A stretch of 64,000 nucleotides of DNA from Candidatus Latescibacterota bacterium. GTDB taxonomy: Bacteria; Latescibacterota; UBA2968; GCA-2709665. The first letter of the stretch is position 1; each line of letters begins with the position of its first letter. The stretch spans positions 384,001 to 448,000 of the forward strand of contig CAXXXF010000006.1 in assembly GCA_963667175.2 (NCBI GenBank), written 5' to 3'. The translations under genes and the position numbers were made by a program. Shown here piece by piece: positions 29,527 through 40,811 of this stretch. A model generated the notes under the pieces. It was given only the letters and a program-made list of their open reading frames with translations. It did not search any database and was not told where the DNA came from.

Positions 29527-30912
29527 ATGAGAAGTTCCACGAAAGTTCCATTTTACAAACGTGTCGGCGGTTCTCTGGGAAGAAACGTCCTGCTGCTGAT
29601 TGGCTGTCTGCTGTGCGGGAGCACCGCCGCATACGCGGCGGTCGACCAGGAGACCATGTTCGTCTTCAACACCTTCGCGTTTCTGATCTGGGGCGCGCTC
29701 ATTATGTGGATGTGCGCCGGTTTCACGATGCTGGAGTCCGGATCGGTACGCACCAAGAACGCCTCCATGATCTGTATGAAGAATATCGGCCTGTACTCCA
29801 TCGCCGGGCTCGCCTATTACTTCCTCGGTTACAACCTTATGTATACCGACGTCGGTAAGTTCATCGGCTCATTTTCACTCCTCTACGGCCCATCTACCGC
29901 CGACGTCGCGCTCGTGGGCGGACAGGAAACGGCGAAGGCCAAGGTGATCGCGAACAAGTATTCCACCATGTCCGACTGGTTCTTCCAGATGGTATTTGTA
30001 GCAACGGCCGCATCGATCGTCTCCGGCGCATTGGCAGAGCGGGTCAAGATGTGGTCCTTCTTCCTATTCACTCTGGCTCTGACGGCCGTCATCTACCCCG
30101 TGGTGGGCGCCTGGACCTGGGGAGGCGGGTGGCTGAGCGCAATGGGATTCAAGGACTTCGCCGGTTCGACCATCGTTCACAGCACCGGTGGCTGGGCGGC
30201 GCTTGCGGGGGCCCTGGTTGTCGGCCCGCGACTGGGTAAATTCAGAAAGGACGGCACTGTCAAGGCGACGCCGCCGTCCAATATCCTGGCGGTGACTCTG
30301 GGCGTATTCATCCTGTGGTTCGGCTGGCTCGGATTTAACGGCGGGTCGCAACTCGCGTTGGGCAGCGCCGCCGACGCGGTGGCAATGAGCCATGTGCTGG
30401 TCAACACGAATCTGGCGGCCGCGGCCGGCGTGGTCGTTGCCCTCATCATATCGAGACCGATCCTGGGCCGCATGGACCTGTTCGCCAGCCTGAACGGAGC
30501 CATTGCCGGCCTGGTCGCCATTACCGCAGGCCCCGACATCGTCCAGCACTACTGGGCCGTCGTTATCGGCGGCGTTGGCGCCATCGTCTGTACGGCCGGT
30601 ATCCGGCTGCTGGAGAAGTTGAGAATCGACGACGTCGTCGGCGCGGTACCTGCCCACCTGTTCGCGGGTGTCTGGGGAACGCTTGCGGTCTGCATCGCCG
30701 CGGGCGGCAACTTCGGCGTTCAACTTCTGGGTTGCGTCGCGGTCGGCGTGTTCGTCTTCTCGGTTTCTTGGGTGCTGTGGCGTCTGCTGGCAGCGACCCT
30801 GAGTGTCCGCGTGTCCGACAAAGTCGAACGGCTGGGCCAGGACGTCGGGGAACTCGGAATGGAAGCGTATCCCGAGTTCGTGCTTACACCCGAAGAGGCA
30901 GATGAGGACTGA
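29527..30912 (+). CDS. amtB: Ammonium transporter
   Basis: GFTMLESGSVR, FFQMVF, IVSGALAER, DFAGSTIVH, GWLGFNGGS, DDVVGAVPAH (both pore His retained). Confidence 0.95.
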   Translation: MRSSTKVPFYKRVGGSLGRNVLLLIGCLLCGSTAAYAAVDQETMFVFNTFAFLIWGALIMWMCAGFTMLESGSVRTKNASMICMKNIGLYSIAGLAYYFLGYNLMYTDVGKFIGSFSLLYGPSTADVALVGGQETAKAKVIANKYSTMSDWFFQMVFVATAASIVSGALAERVKMWSFFLFTLALTAVIYPVVGAWTWGGGWLSAMGFKDFAGSTIVHSTGGWAALAGALVVGPRLGKFRKDGTVKATPPSNILAVTLGVFILWFGWLGFNGGSQLALGSAADAVAMSHVLVNTNLAAAAGVVVALIISRPILGRMDLFASLNGAIAGLVAITAGPDIVQHYWAVVIGGVGAIVCTAGIRLLEKLRIDDVVGAVPAHLFAGVWGTLAVCIAAGGNFGVQLLGCVAVGVFVFSVSWVLWRLLAATLSVRVSDKVERLGQDVGELGMEAYPEFVLTPEEADED

Positions 30913-31895
30913 TGACGACGAATCCTGGAAACCCCAGGCTTCTGGCCCGTAGCGCGCAGGGCCTCTATTGGATGGGCCGCTACCTGGAACGGGCGGAGCA
31001 TCTCTGCCGCCTGCTGCGATTTCAGGCCGAAGCGCTGGTGGATCGGCCAATCCGGGAGATTTATTTCGGATGGAGTCGAATCTACATGAGCCTGAACCGG
31101 CGGCCTCCCGGCGGCAGCATCACTATGGTGGGAAACGACGACTTCACGCTGGCGGATTCCTACACACTGGCCGACGATCTCACGTTCGAACGCGCAAATC
31201 CCGACTCCGTCTGGAACTGTTTCTCGCTCGGCCGCGAGAACGCGCGGCAGATGCGTCACTGCATCAGCGGGGAAATGTGGACTTGCCTGAACCTCGCGTA
31301 TCTGCGACTCCGGAAACTGAGCACTCCGGATATCTGGACGCCCTCTCCCGAGAGCTTTTATGCCACAACTGCAGGTGACATCAACACGTTTGCCGGCGTG
31401 GCGGAAGCAACGATGTATCGCGACGAGGGATGGCACTTTCTGCGGCTGGGGAAGCATATCGAGCGCGCCCAGTGTTCGGCTTCGTTGTTTCTCTCCCAGC
31501 TCTCAGTGGACAAACTGATGGACGAGTCCTCCGACGCGGACTGGATGAATCTCCTGCACGTCAGCCAGGCGTTTGATGCGTACAGCCGGAATTATAGCGT
31601 CGACGTCCAGCCACGTCGGGTCCTCGACCTCCTCGTTACCGACCCTTTGCTGCACGGCTCTCTCTGCTACTCGCTCGATGCGGTGGCCGCGGAACTCGAC
31701 GCCATCGGTCCGGGTTCCGGCGAGCAGTCCAGCGCAACAGCCCTGCGCATGGCCCGGCGTATGTGCGCGCTGATCCATTACGACTGGCCCGACCGGGAAG
31801 ACAGGGAGGCCCTCCTGGGAAACATCATGGGTTACTGCCGGGAACTGCACGATCTTGTTAGCGCCGCCTATATCGATTACGCCGTTGTCGATTGA
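30912..31895 (+). CDS. Alpha-E domain protein
   Basis: LYWMGRYLERAE, RENARQMR..IS.EMW, FLRLGKHIERA. Confidence 0.92.
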   Translation: MTTNPGNPRLLARSAQGLYWMGRYLERAEHLCRLLRFQAEALVDRPIREIYFGWSRIYMSLNRRPPGGSITMVGNDDFTLADSYTLADDLTFERANPDSVWNCFSLGRENARQMRHCISGEMWTCLNLAYLRLRKLSTPDIWTPSPESFYATTAGDINTFAGVAEATMYRDEGWHFLRLGKHIERAQCSASLFLSQLSVDKLMDESSDADWMNLLHVSQAFDAYSRNYSVDVQPRRVLDLLVTDPLLHGSLCYSLDAVAAELDAIGPGSGEQSSATALRMARRMCALIHYDWPDREDREALLGNIMGYCRELHDLVSAAYIDYAVVD

Positions 31896-32788
31896 CTCCC
31901 GGGTGTACAGATACCGTGTCCCGATCCGTCCAGTACGAAATCAGGCACGTCTCAAGCTACCTGTACGCATTCCCCGCGCGTGAGTGCGTGATGATGCTTT
32001 GCCTGAAACCCCTCGACAACGGGGGGCAGCGCGTCGTCCATTTTGAAATCGAAACGAAACCCCAGGGCGCCCTGAGCGCTGAAAAGGACCCCTTCGGCAA
32101 CACGCGGCACGTTCTCAACGTCCACGCGAAACACGCAGCGCTGGAGATTGCAGCTCAATCCACCGTAAGACCGGCACGCTCCAGACCGCTGCCACCCGGA
32201 CTGGGCGCCGATGCGTGGAAGGAGATCGACGCCCGGAGGGACTCGTTTCTTCACTGGGACTTTACGCAGCCAAGCGCGATGGCGACGCCGTCCCGCGCGC
32301 TCGCCGATTTCACGAGAAAAAATGGCATCGCGCGCGGGAACGACCCACTCGCGGACCTGACCCGGCTGTCCGAAACGTTGCACAATGCGTTTCAATATAC
32401 ACCGGGAAGCACGTCAGCCGCGTCATCGATTGACGAAATCCTGAGCACGGGCCAGGGAGTCTGCCAGGACTACGCCCACGTCATGATCGCGGTTGCCCGC
32501 TCCTGGGGCGTTCCCGCGCGTTACGTCTCGGGCTATCTCTACGTTTCCGGGTCTCCCGAAGGCCGGGCCTGGAGTAACGCCACGCACGCATGGGTGGAGT
32601 GTCTGCTGCCGAGACTCGGCTGGGTGGGCTTCGACCCCACCAACCGAAGCGTCGTCGACGAACGACACGTCCGGATCGCGACGGGGCGCGATTATCTGGA
32701 TGTCTCTCCTACCCGGGGCGTCCGGCAGGGCGGCGGTGAGACGCAGCTGGAAGTCAACGTCCGGATGCGTCCCCGGACCAACCATTAA
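31892..32788 (+). CDS. Bacterial transglutaminase family protein
   Basis: DPFGN; GVCQDYAH, PARYVSGY, HAWVE, GFDPTN, GRDYLDVSP. The start may instead be the GTG at 31916. Confidence 0.92.
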   Translation: MTPGCTDTVSRSVQYEIRHVSSYLYAFPARECVMMLCLKPLDNGGQRVVHFEIETKPQGALSAEKDPFGNTRHVLNVHAKHAALEIAAQSTVRPARSRPLPPGLGADAWKEIDARRDSFLHWDFTQPSAMATPSRALADFTRKNGIARGNDPLADLTRLSETLHNAFQYTPGSTSAASSIDEILSTGQGVCQDYAHVMIAVARSWGVPARYVSGYLYVSGSPEGRAWSNATHAWVECLLPRLGWVGFDPTNRSVVDERHVRIATGRDYLDVSPTRGVRQGGGETQLEVNVRMRPRTNH

Positions 32789-32796
32789 TTCCGGCC

Positions 32797-32825
32797 TTGA
32801 CAGGTTTCTTTTTCCCCTTTATCTT
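32797..32825 (+). promoter_or_regulatory. Sigma70 promoter of the thiC leader
   Basis: TTGACA-N17-TATCTT directly before the riboswitch. Confidence 0.8.
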
Positions 32826-32835
32826 CTACGACAGA

Positions 32836-32910
32836 TCCGCGCGGGGTGCCGAACGGCTGAGATCATACCCTTGGAACCTGATCTGGATTATGCCAGCGTA
32901 GGGAAGCGGA
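32836..32910 (+). promoter_or_regulatory. TPP riboswitch
   Basis: TCCGC..GGGGTGCC..GGCTGAGA..TACCC..GAACCTGATCTGGATTATGCCAGCGTAGGGAAGCGGA upstream of thiC. Confidence 0.97.
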
Positions 32911-32930
32911 ACAAAGGTCTTGTAACCAAC

Positions 32931-32972
32931 AAAAGAGGCCGTTCCTTCCAATGGGACGGTCCTTTGTGTTTA
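32931..32972 (+). terminator. Riboswitch expression-platform terminator
   Basis: AAAGAGGCCGTTCC / GGGACGGTCCTTT stem plus T-rich tail; GGAAC..GGTCTT at the aptamer 3' end can pair with the 5' arm (antiterminator). Confidence 0.65.
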
Positions 32973-33027
32973 TGCGCGCCACGACCCTTCAATACGGGTG
33001 GATTTGACCAACGCCGACCGGCGCTTT

Positions 33028-34809
<1,782 letters not shown>

Positions 34810-34926
34810 TACGCGGCCGCGTTGTACCCTTCGAACGGTCACCGGGCGATTGCGGTTGATTCGCAACTCGCGGGTGGCCGTTCGAGTTTCTCGGAAGTAC
34901 GCTGTCAGGTAGTCTTCCCACGTCGA

Positions 34927-36291
34927 TCAGTTCAGTGCTTCCTCCGCGGACACCCGTCGTTGCCTGGCTTCTCTGGCATCGGCCGGTTCGACGTGGGGCG
35001 CATCCTCGCCGGCTGCGACCATGCGCCGGATCAAGCGCTTTCTCATGATCCGCGCAACCTCCTGGTGGGACGTCATCCCGATCAGGTTGCACAACTCATA
35101 GGGGTCCGCCTCCAGGTCGTACAGATATTGTTCCACGTACCGGTCCGACCCCGAGTGTTGGCCACCGTGGCATTCCGGCGCGTCCACACCGTACTTCCAC
35201 CGACGGGTGCGCACTGCCCGTCCCACCTGGGCCTCGCTGATCTGCACAAACGTCTCCTCTGGCCATCCGTCGCTGTTCCCAACCGTCAGCGGCAGGATTG
35301 ACCGGCCCTGCATCTCTGCAGGCGCCGCGACCCCCGCCGCATCCAGCAGCGTGGGCGTCAGATCGACCGTACTCACCAGATCGCGCACCTGACCCCCGCC
35401 GTCGAATCCCGGTCCCTGGAACGCGGTTGGCACACGAATCGAGCTCTCGTGGCAGGACCGCTTGTACTCGGCATTCCGCGTTTTGAAGTGGCAACCGTGG
35501 TCGGACGTAAACAACACGACCGTCCGTTCCGTCAGGCCCATACTCTTCAGCGCGTCCAGCATCCTGCCAAGCGCCTCATCCAACCGCTTCACCATTCCGT
35601 AATAGCCGCCCAGATGGCGATGGGCGGACCCTCCCAGCGCCGCAAGATCCGGTGGGACCCACCCGCCGGTATACCGTTCACGGTACCCGTCCGGCGGCGG
35701 ATAGTCGTCGATATGGTTCTGGTGATGAGGCTCGATAGTTGACACGAAAAGAAAAAACGGCTGTTCCCGGTTCCCGTTAATGTACCGGATGGCTGCATCC
35801 GTTACGGCATCGACCCTGTATCCCGGCAATTCAACCGGGGCGCCCTCGTTGTCGTACATCACCGTCCGGTATGCCTCGGACGTAGACTCCAGGGTGTTCG
35901 ACGCCAACCAGTACTCGTAGCCTCCACGCCCCTCTGGAGGCACCGGTCCGGTCGATCCGCGTCCGTTCAGATGCCACTTGCCGATGTAAGCCGTTCGGTA
36001 GCCCGCGTCTCCGAAATGGTGCGCCAGGGTCCGACGGTCCGGCGGGAGAGGAATCCCGTTGCGAAAGCAACCCGTCGTGGTGGCATACAACCCGGTCTGC
36101 AGGCAGGCGCGCGCGGGACCACATACGGGCTGGCAGGTGAATGAGTTGAATGCATGGGTGCCCCGTTGCGCCATCCGGTCGAAATTGGGCGTCAGGTCCA
36201 TAGGATTCCCATGAACCCCTGTTGTATCCCACCGCTGTTGGTCCGTAAAGAAGACAACGACGTTCGGCTTCTTTGAAATGCTTTCAACCAT
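34927..36291 (-). CDS. Sulfatase (Cys-type, FGly-dependent)
   Basis: KPNVVVFFTDQQR, CGPARACLQTG, GKWHL, TSDHG, LYDLEADPYE. Confidence 0.92.
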   Translation of the reverse strand: MVESISKKPNVVVFFTDQQRWDTTGVHGNPMDLTPNFDRMAQRGTHAFNSFTCQPVCGPARACLQTGLYATTTGCFRNGIPLPPDRRTLAHHFGDAGYRTAYIGKWHLNGRGSTGPVPPEGRGGYEYWLASNTLESTSEAYRTVMYDNEGAPVELPGYRVDAVTDAAIRYINGNREQPFFLFVSTIEPHHQNHIDDYPPPDGYRERYTGGWVPPDLAALGGSAHRHLGGYYGMVKRLDEALGRMLDALKSMGLTERTVVLFTSDHGCHFKTRNAEYKRSCHESSIRVPTAFQGPGFDGGGQVRDLVSTVDLTPTLLDAAGVAAPAEMQGRSILPLTVGNSDGWPEETFVQISEAQVGRAVRTRRWKYGVDAPECHGGQHSGSDRYVEQYLYDLEADPYELCNLIGMTSHQEVARIMRKRLIRRMVAAGEDAPHVEPADAREARQRRVSAEEALN

Positions 36292-36589
36292 GACGACCTC
36301 CATCTCTGTGATTTTTCAGTCCGCCAGGGGCATGATCCCGTTACTTTACGCGCTGCAGACGTTTTTCGGCAAACCGACCCGTCATGACGTTAAACCCTGC
36401 GCCTTACTCCTTCACTAGCCCGTCTCGTCGCTTCAATTCGTGATACACGTACCCGTCGTTTGTGCGGGTTCGATCGCGCCCCTTTCAATCGCACTGCAAA
36501 AGGGCGTGACAGAATGCGCCGGCGGGGATATCTTATGGCGTCCGTAGACGCCGACCCGCCCCCCTCATACGTTGCCCGGAGACGGTTCG

Positions 36590-37885
36590 ATGGATAATCT
36601 GTCGATGCGCGAACTGCTCGTCAAGGCCGACCGGTATCTTGCAGGCGGCTGTCTGGGCAGCTTTCGGATGCCGGATGAAGTCGCAACCGTCATCCAGCGC
36701 GGAAGCGGATGCCGCATCTATGACGTCGAAGGTCGTGAATATATCGACTACATCCTCGGCTCCGGCCCGCTGATTCTGGGTCACGCCCACCCCGCCGTGG
36801 TGGAGGCCGTCCAGCGCCAGGTTGCGCTGGGGTCGACCTTCTACGCGCTCAATGAACCCGCCATCCGCCTCGCCGAACGCATTGTCGACGCCTCGCCCTG
36901 CGGGGAGTCGATCCGCTTCACCTCTTCGGGCACCGAAGGGACATTTTCCGCCCTCCGAATGGCGCGGGCATACACCGGCCGGGAGAAAGTCCTCAAATTC
37001 GAGGGCGGCTGGCACGGCGCGCACGACTATGCCCAGCAGAGTACGACACCGACGCGCCCCACGGACGGGCCGCTGCCCATCCCGGACTCCCAGGGCATTC
37101 CCAGGGCCGTCGGCCAATCCGTCCTGGTTGCCTCCTTTAACGATACCGCCGCTGCCGTAGAACTCATCGACTCGTACGCGGACGACCTGGCGGCCGTTAT
37201 CGTCGAACCCTTTCAGCGCGCCCTCCGGCCGGCGCCAGGCTTTCTGGAATCCATCCGGAAAGCCGCAAGCGCCCGCGGCGTCGTCCTCGTTTTCGACGAA
37301 GTCGTCACCGGCTTTCGCATCGCCTGGGGCGGCGCACAGGAGCGCTACGGCGTCCTGCCCGACGTTGCCGTCTACGGAAAGACGATCAGCGGAGGGTACC
37401 CGATGGCCGCCGTCTGCGGGCGGGCGGACGTACTGGCGTGCGCCGACCCACGTCGGAAGGGGGCCGCGCCGTATACCTTTGTGAGTGGAACGACGAACGG
37501 GAATCCCGTCTCTGCCGCCGCCGGCCTGGCGACGTTGGACGTCTTGGAAACCCAGGGCGTCTATACAAGGCTCTATGACGTCCCTTCCCGCCTGAGGCGC
37601 GGCCTCGAAGCCCTCGGCGCGGAATTCGGGCTGCCGCTTCAAATCCTGGGCGAAGGGCCGGTACTGCAACCCTATTTTGCTGACGGAGAAATTCGAAACT
37701 ACGCCGACACCCTCAAGGCCGATGCCGCCGCCGCTCGAAAACTGGGCATTGAAATGATGAAGCGCGGCATCTTCTTCAATCCGGGCGGCAAACTCTACTT
37801 TTCTCTGGCCCATACCGAAGCCGACGTCGACCGGACACTAGAGGTCGCTCGAGCAGCACTCAAACAGATTGAAGTCAACCTGTAA
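36590..37885 (+). CDS. Class III PLP aminotransferase (GSA-aminomutase-like paralog)
   Basis: DVEGREYIDY, ILGHAHP, SSGTE, KFEGGWHG, FDEVVTGFR, YGKTISGGYP. Confidence 0.88.
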   Translation: MDNLSMRELLVKADRYLAGGCLGSFRMPDEVATVIQRGSGCRIYDVEGREYIDYILGSGPLILGHAHPAVVEAVQRQVALGSTFYALNEPAIRLAERIVDASPCGESIRFTSSGTEGTFSALRMARAYTGREKVLKFEGGWHGAHDYAQQSTTPTRPTDGPLPIPDSQGIPRAVGQSVLVASFNDTAAAVELIDSYADDLAAVIVEPFQRALRPAPGFLESIRKAASARGVVLVFDEVVTGFRIAWGGAQERYGVLPDVAVYGKTISGGYPMAAVCGRADVLACADPRRKGAAPYTFVSGTTNGNPVSAAAGLATLDVLETQGVYTRLYDVPSRLRRGLEALGAEFGLPLQILGEGPVLQPYFADGEIRNYADTLKADAAAARKLGIEMMKRGIFFNPGGKLYFSLAHTEADVDRTLEVARAALKQIEVNL

Positions 37886-37981
37886 TATCGGCCGATAACA
37901 ATACGGCGCGGCACATGCCGGCGTATTTCTGAAACAACCATTTTAGCGTTGTCGCCCTTCACTGTGGACCCATCCCAATAT

Positions 37982-38962
37982 ATGGACGTTTTCCTGAAAA
38001 AAACCACCGTTGTCGGCGCCGGTCTGATGGGCGGTCAGATTGCCCTCGTTCTGGCACTGGGAAGCAGAGAGACCTGGCTGATCAGCCGACGGAAGGAAAG
38101 CCTGGCCAGTGCGCGAAGAAATATTGAACGGTACGTACAGGATCTCGAACGCCACAACCGGCTTCGAGGCGACTCGCCCGACGCCGTGTTGAACCGCATA
38201 CACACCACCACCGATCTGGAGGTCGCCGTTGGTGAATCCTCCTTTGTCGTGGAATCCATCACGGAAGACCTGACGTCCAAACAGGCGCTCTTTCACCGGC
38301 TGGACGCCCTCGCGGCAAACGATGCACCCCTTGTCAGCAATACCTCCGGCCTGCCCATTACCAGCCTGGCGGAAAAAGCCCGGCACAGAGACCGCATTGC
38401 CGGCTCCCATTTCGTCCAGCCGGCCCACGTCGTGCCCGTTGCCGAAATCGTCCGCGGGGAGAAGACTTCGAACGAAATCATGGGTCGTATCGCAGGAATC
38501 TGGCAGCGGCTGGGCTACATGCCGCTTCGCGTGAACAAAGACGTGCCAGGATTCCTCGTCAACCGGCTTCAACATGCCCTTATCCGTGAGGCCGTCGACC
38601 TGCTGGCTTCCGGCGTCGCCTCCGCCGAGGACATCGACGCCGCCTTCCGACTGGGACTGGCGCCAAGATTCACCACCGCAGGCCCGCTGGAACAGCGCGA
38701 CATCAACGGACTGACCATGCACGTCCGCGTAGCCTCGCATCTCTGGCAGACCCTGGGAGGATGGGAGCAGCCCCTGGCCTACCTCCAGGCGCTGGTCGGG
38801 AAGGGAGCGACCGGGCTGGAGTCCGGAAACGGCTATTACAACTGGTCGGGAAGAGAGCCGCAAACGGTCCGCGCCGAAAAGGACGAGCAACTCCTGCGCC
38901 GGACCGCCGAGGTGATGGCGGACTGGGAGGAGGAACAGGCGACGCGCGGAAAGGGGCAGTAA
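37982..38962 (+). CDS. 3-hydroxyacyl-CoA dehydrogenase family protein
   Basis: VVGAGLMG, ESITEDLTSK, SNTSGLPI, SHFVQP, PGFLVNRLQ, GPLEQRD. Confidence 0.88.
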   Translation: MDVFLKKTTVVGAGLMGGQIALVLALGSRETWLISRRKESLASARRNIERYVQDLERHNRLRGDSPDAVLNRIHTTTDLEVAVGESSFVVESITEDLTSKQALFHRLDALAANDAPLVSNTSGLPITSLAEKARHRDRIAGSHFVQPAHVVPVAEIVRGEKTSNEIMGRIAGIWQRLGYMPLRVNKDVPGFLVNRLQHALIREAVDLLASGVASAEDIDAAFRLGLAPRFTTAGPLEQRDINGLTMHVRVASHLWQTLGGWEQPLAYLQALVGKGATGLESGNGYYNWSGREPQTVRAEKDEQLLRRTAEVMADWEEEQATRGKGQ

Positions 38963-39015
38963 ACCCGGGATTCACGTTAGATCAAAGGACGTATGTCGTC
39001 GTTTCAGGAGGCACG

Positions 39016-39891
39016 ATGGGCGCCAAACGATACGTGATGTCGGCGGAAGAGCGATATTTCTTCGACCTGAACGGATATCTTGTTGTGCGCAACGCGCTCA
39101 CGGCGGAAGAGGTTGCCGAATGCAATGCGGCCGTGGATCACTTCGCTGAACTCGTCTCCACCCGTTCCGTCGACACCGGCGGCCTCGCCGGCGGGTCGTC
39201 CGTCCTGAAGGGCACACAGGGGCGAAAGGAGCTCACCGGGATGCTGGGCTGGCCGGCGCCGTACAGGGCGCCGTTCCGCCGGCTGCTCATCCATCCCGTT
39301 GTCGTTTCTCGTTTAAATGAAATGTCGGGCAAGGGTTTCCGACTGGACCACGGCCCCCTGCTCATCGGCGCGGAAGCCGGCGCGGAGGGGCACCGGTTGC
39401 ACGGCGCGGGCGAGCCCTTCAGTCAATCCGTGTGGTACCACCAGCAGAACGGCAGGATGTACTGCCGTGGCGTCACGGTGGCCTGGCAACTGGCGGACGT
39501 TCACAAGGGTGACGGGGGCTTCTGCATCGTGCCCGGCAGCCACAAGACGCGCGAACCCACCCCGGCGGGCGTACGTTCCGTGGACGACCCCATGGACCTG
39601 GTTGTACAGCCAGTGATGACCGCCGGCGACGTCCTGTTCTTCGCAGAAACGGCTACGCACGGCGCCCTGCCATGGAAGGGCGGACACGAACGCCGCTCGG
39701 TACTCTATAAATACGCGTCGCGAGCCGCCGCGCGCGCGACCGGGCGCCACTTTACGCCTGAAACCCGCTGGGGAACCTGGGTGCGAGACCTTACACCTGA
39801 ACAGAAAGCTGTCCTTTACGGTCCCGGCGTCCACACCGGTAGGAACTTTCCAAGGCTGGATTCCGACGGCGAGAAGACCCGGGTCGTCTGA
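39016..39891 (+). CDS. PhyH-family Fe(II)/2OG enzyme with HxA motif
   Basis: FDLNGYLVVRNAL, HPVV, LHGAG, GGFCIVPGSHK, AGDVLFF..THG, RRSVLYKY. Confidence 0.88.
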   Translation: MGAKRYVMSAEERYFFDLNGYLVVRNALTAEEVAECNAAVDHFAELVSTRSVDTGGLAGGSSVLKGTQGRKELTGMLGWPAPYRAPFRRLLIHPVVVSRLNEMSGKGFRLDHGPLLIGAEAGAEGHRLHGAGEPFSQSVWYHQQNGRMYCRGVTVAWQLADVHKGDGGFCIVPGSHKTREPTPAGVRSVDDPMDLVVQPVMTAGDVLFFAETATHGALPWKGGHERRSVLYKYASRAAARATGRHFTPETRWGTWVRDLTPEQKAVLYGPGVHTGRNFPRLDSDGEKTRVV

Positions 39892-39897
39892 GAAAAC

Positions 39898-40800
39898 GTG
39901 ACAAACGGCGCACACAGTATGCGATCGGAGTACGTCATGAACGCAAAGGAACGCTACCTGTGGGATCTTACGGGCTACCTGATTGCACGCGAGGTTCTTT
40001 CGTCCGGGGAACTCGCAGCCGCGAACGAAGCCGTCGACAGGCAGCGGGACCGGATGCAGGTGGGCGATGACAATCTGGGCGCGCGAGACTCGCACTCCCT
40101 CCGCGGCACCGGCCGTCCGACCATGCACGGCCTGCTGCAGTGGGAACCCCCATATTGCGAACCGTTTCGACAGATGCTTGTCCACCCCGCCGTCGTCCAG
40201 CGCCTGAACGTCATGTGCGGGACGGGTTTTCGTTTGGATCACGGCCCCTTGCTCATCTCCGGTGTCAAAGGCACCGAGGGATTGACCATGCACGGCGCCG
40301 GCGAACCGCACAGACCCCACGTGGCGTACCATCACCAGAACGGCCAGACCTACTGCGGCGGCGTCACGGTGAGCTGGCAACTCGCCGACGTGAACCCGGG
40401 GGACGGCGGCTTCACCTGCGTACCCGGCAGCCACAAATCCGGATTTCCGATGCCGCCGGGCGTACGCACGTGCGACGACGACATGGGTACCGTGGTGCAG
40501 CCGTCCATGCGGGCCGGCGACGTCCTGTTCTTCATGGACGGCGCACAGACCCATGGCACACGTCCCTGGCAGAGCGAGCGGCCGCGGCGTTCGGTACTGT
40601 ACAAATACGCTTCCAGAACCTCCATTCGGGGCGGCCCCGCCAGGGATCTGGCCCCCCCTGAGATTTACTGGGGCGAAGATCTGGTGGAGGGGATGACCCC
40701 TGAACAGCGCGCGGTCATGTTCGGACCCTATTCCAACCACGGGAGCGAGGTTCCATTCCTTGCCGTGGACGAACACGGAAACGTCTGCATTGAACGCTGA
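39898..40800 (+). CDS. PhyH-family Fe(II)/2OG enzyme with HxA motif (tandem paralog)
   Basis: WDLTGYL, MHGAG, GGFTCVPGSHK, AGDVLFF..THG, RRSVLYKY. The start may be 39919. Confidence 0.88.
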   Translation: MTNGAHSMRSEYVMNAKERYLWDLTGYLIAREVLSSGELAAANEAVDRQRDRMQVGDDNLGARDSHSLRGTGRPTMHGLLQWEPPYCEPFRQMLVHPAVVQRLNVMCGTGFRLDHGPLLISGVKGTEGLTMHGAGEPHRPHVAYHHQNGQTYCGGVTVSWQLADVNPGDGGFTCVPGSHKSGFPMPPGVRTCDDDMGTVVQPSMRAGDVLFFMDGAQTHGTRPWQSERPRRSVLYKYASRTSIRGGPARDLAPPEIYWGEDLVEGMTPEQRAVMFGPYSNHGSEVPFLAVDEHGNVCIER

Positions 40801-40811
40801 ATAAGAGCTTT

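Noticed and set aside
36590-37885. Calling this gene hemL
   Set aside because: It lacks the PGGVNSPVR N-terminal motif and has no tetrapyrrole gene context.
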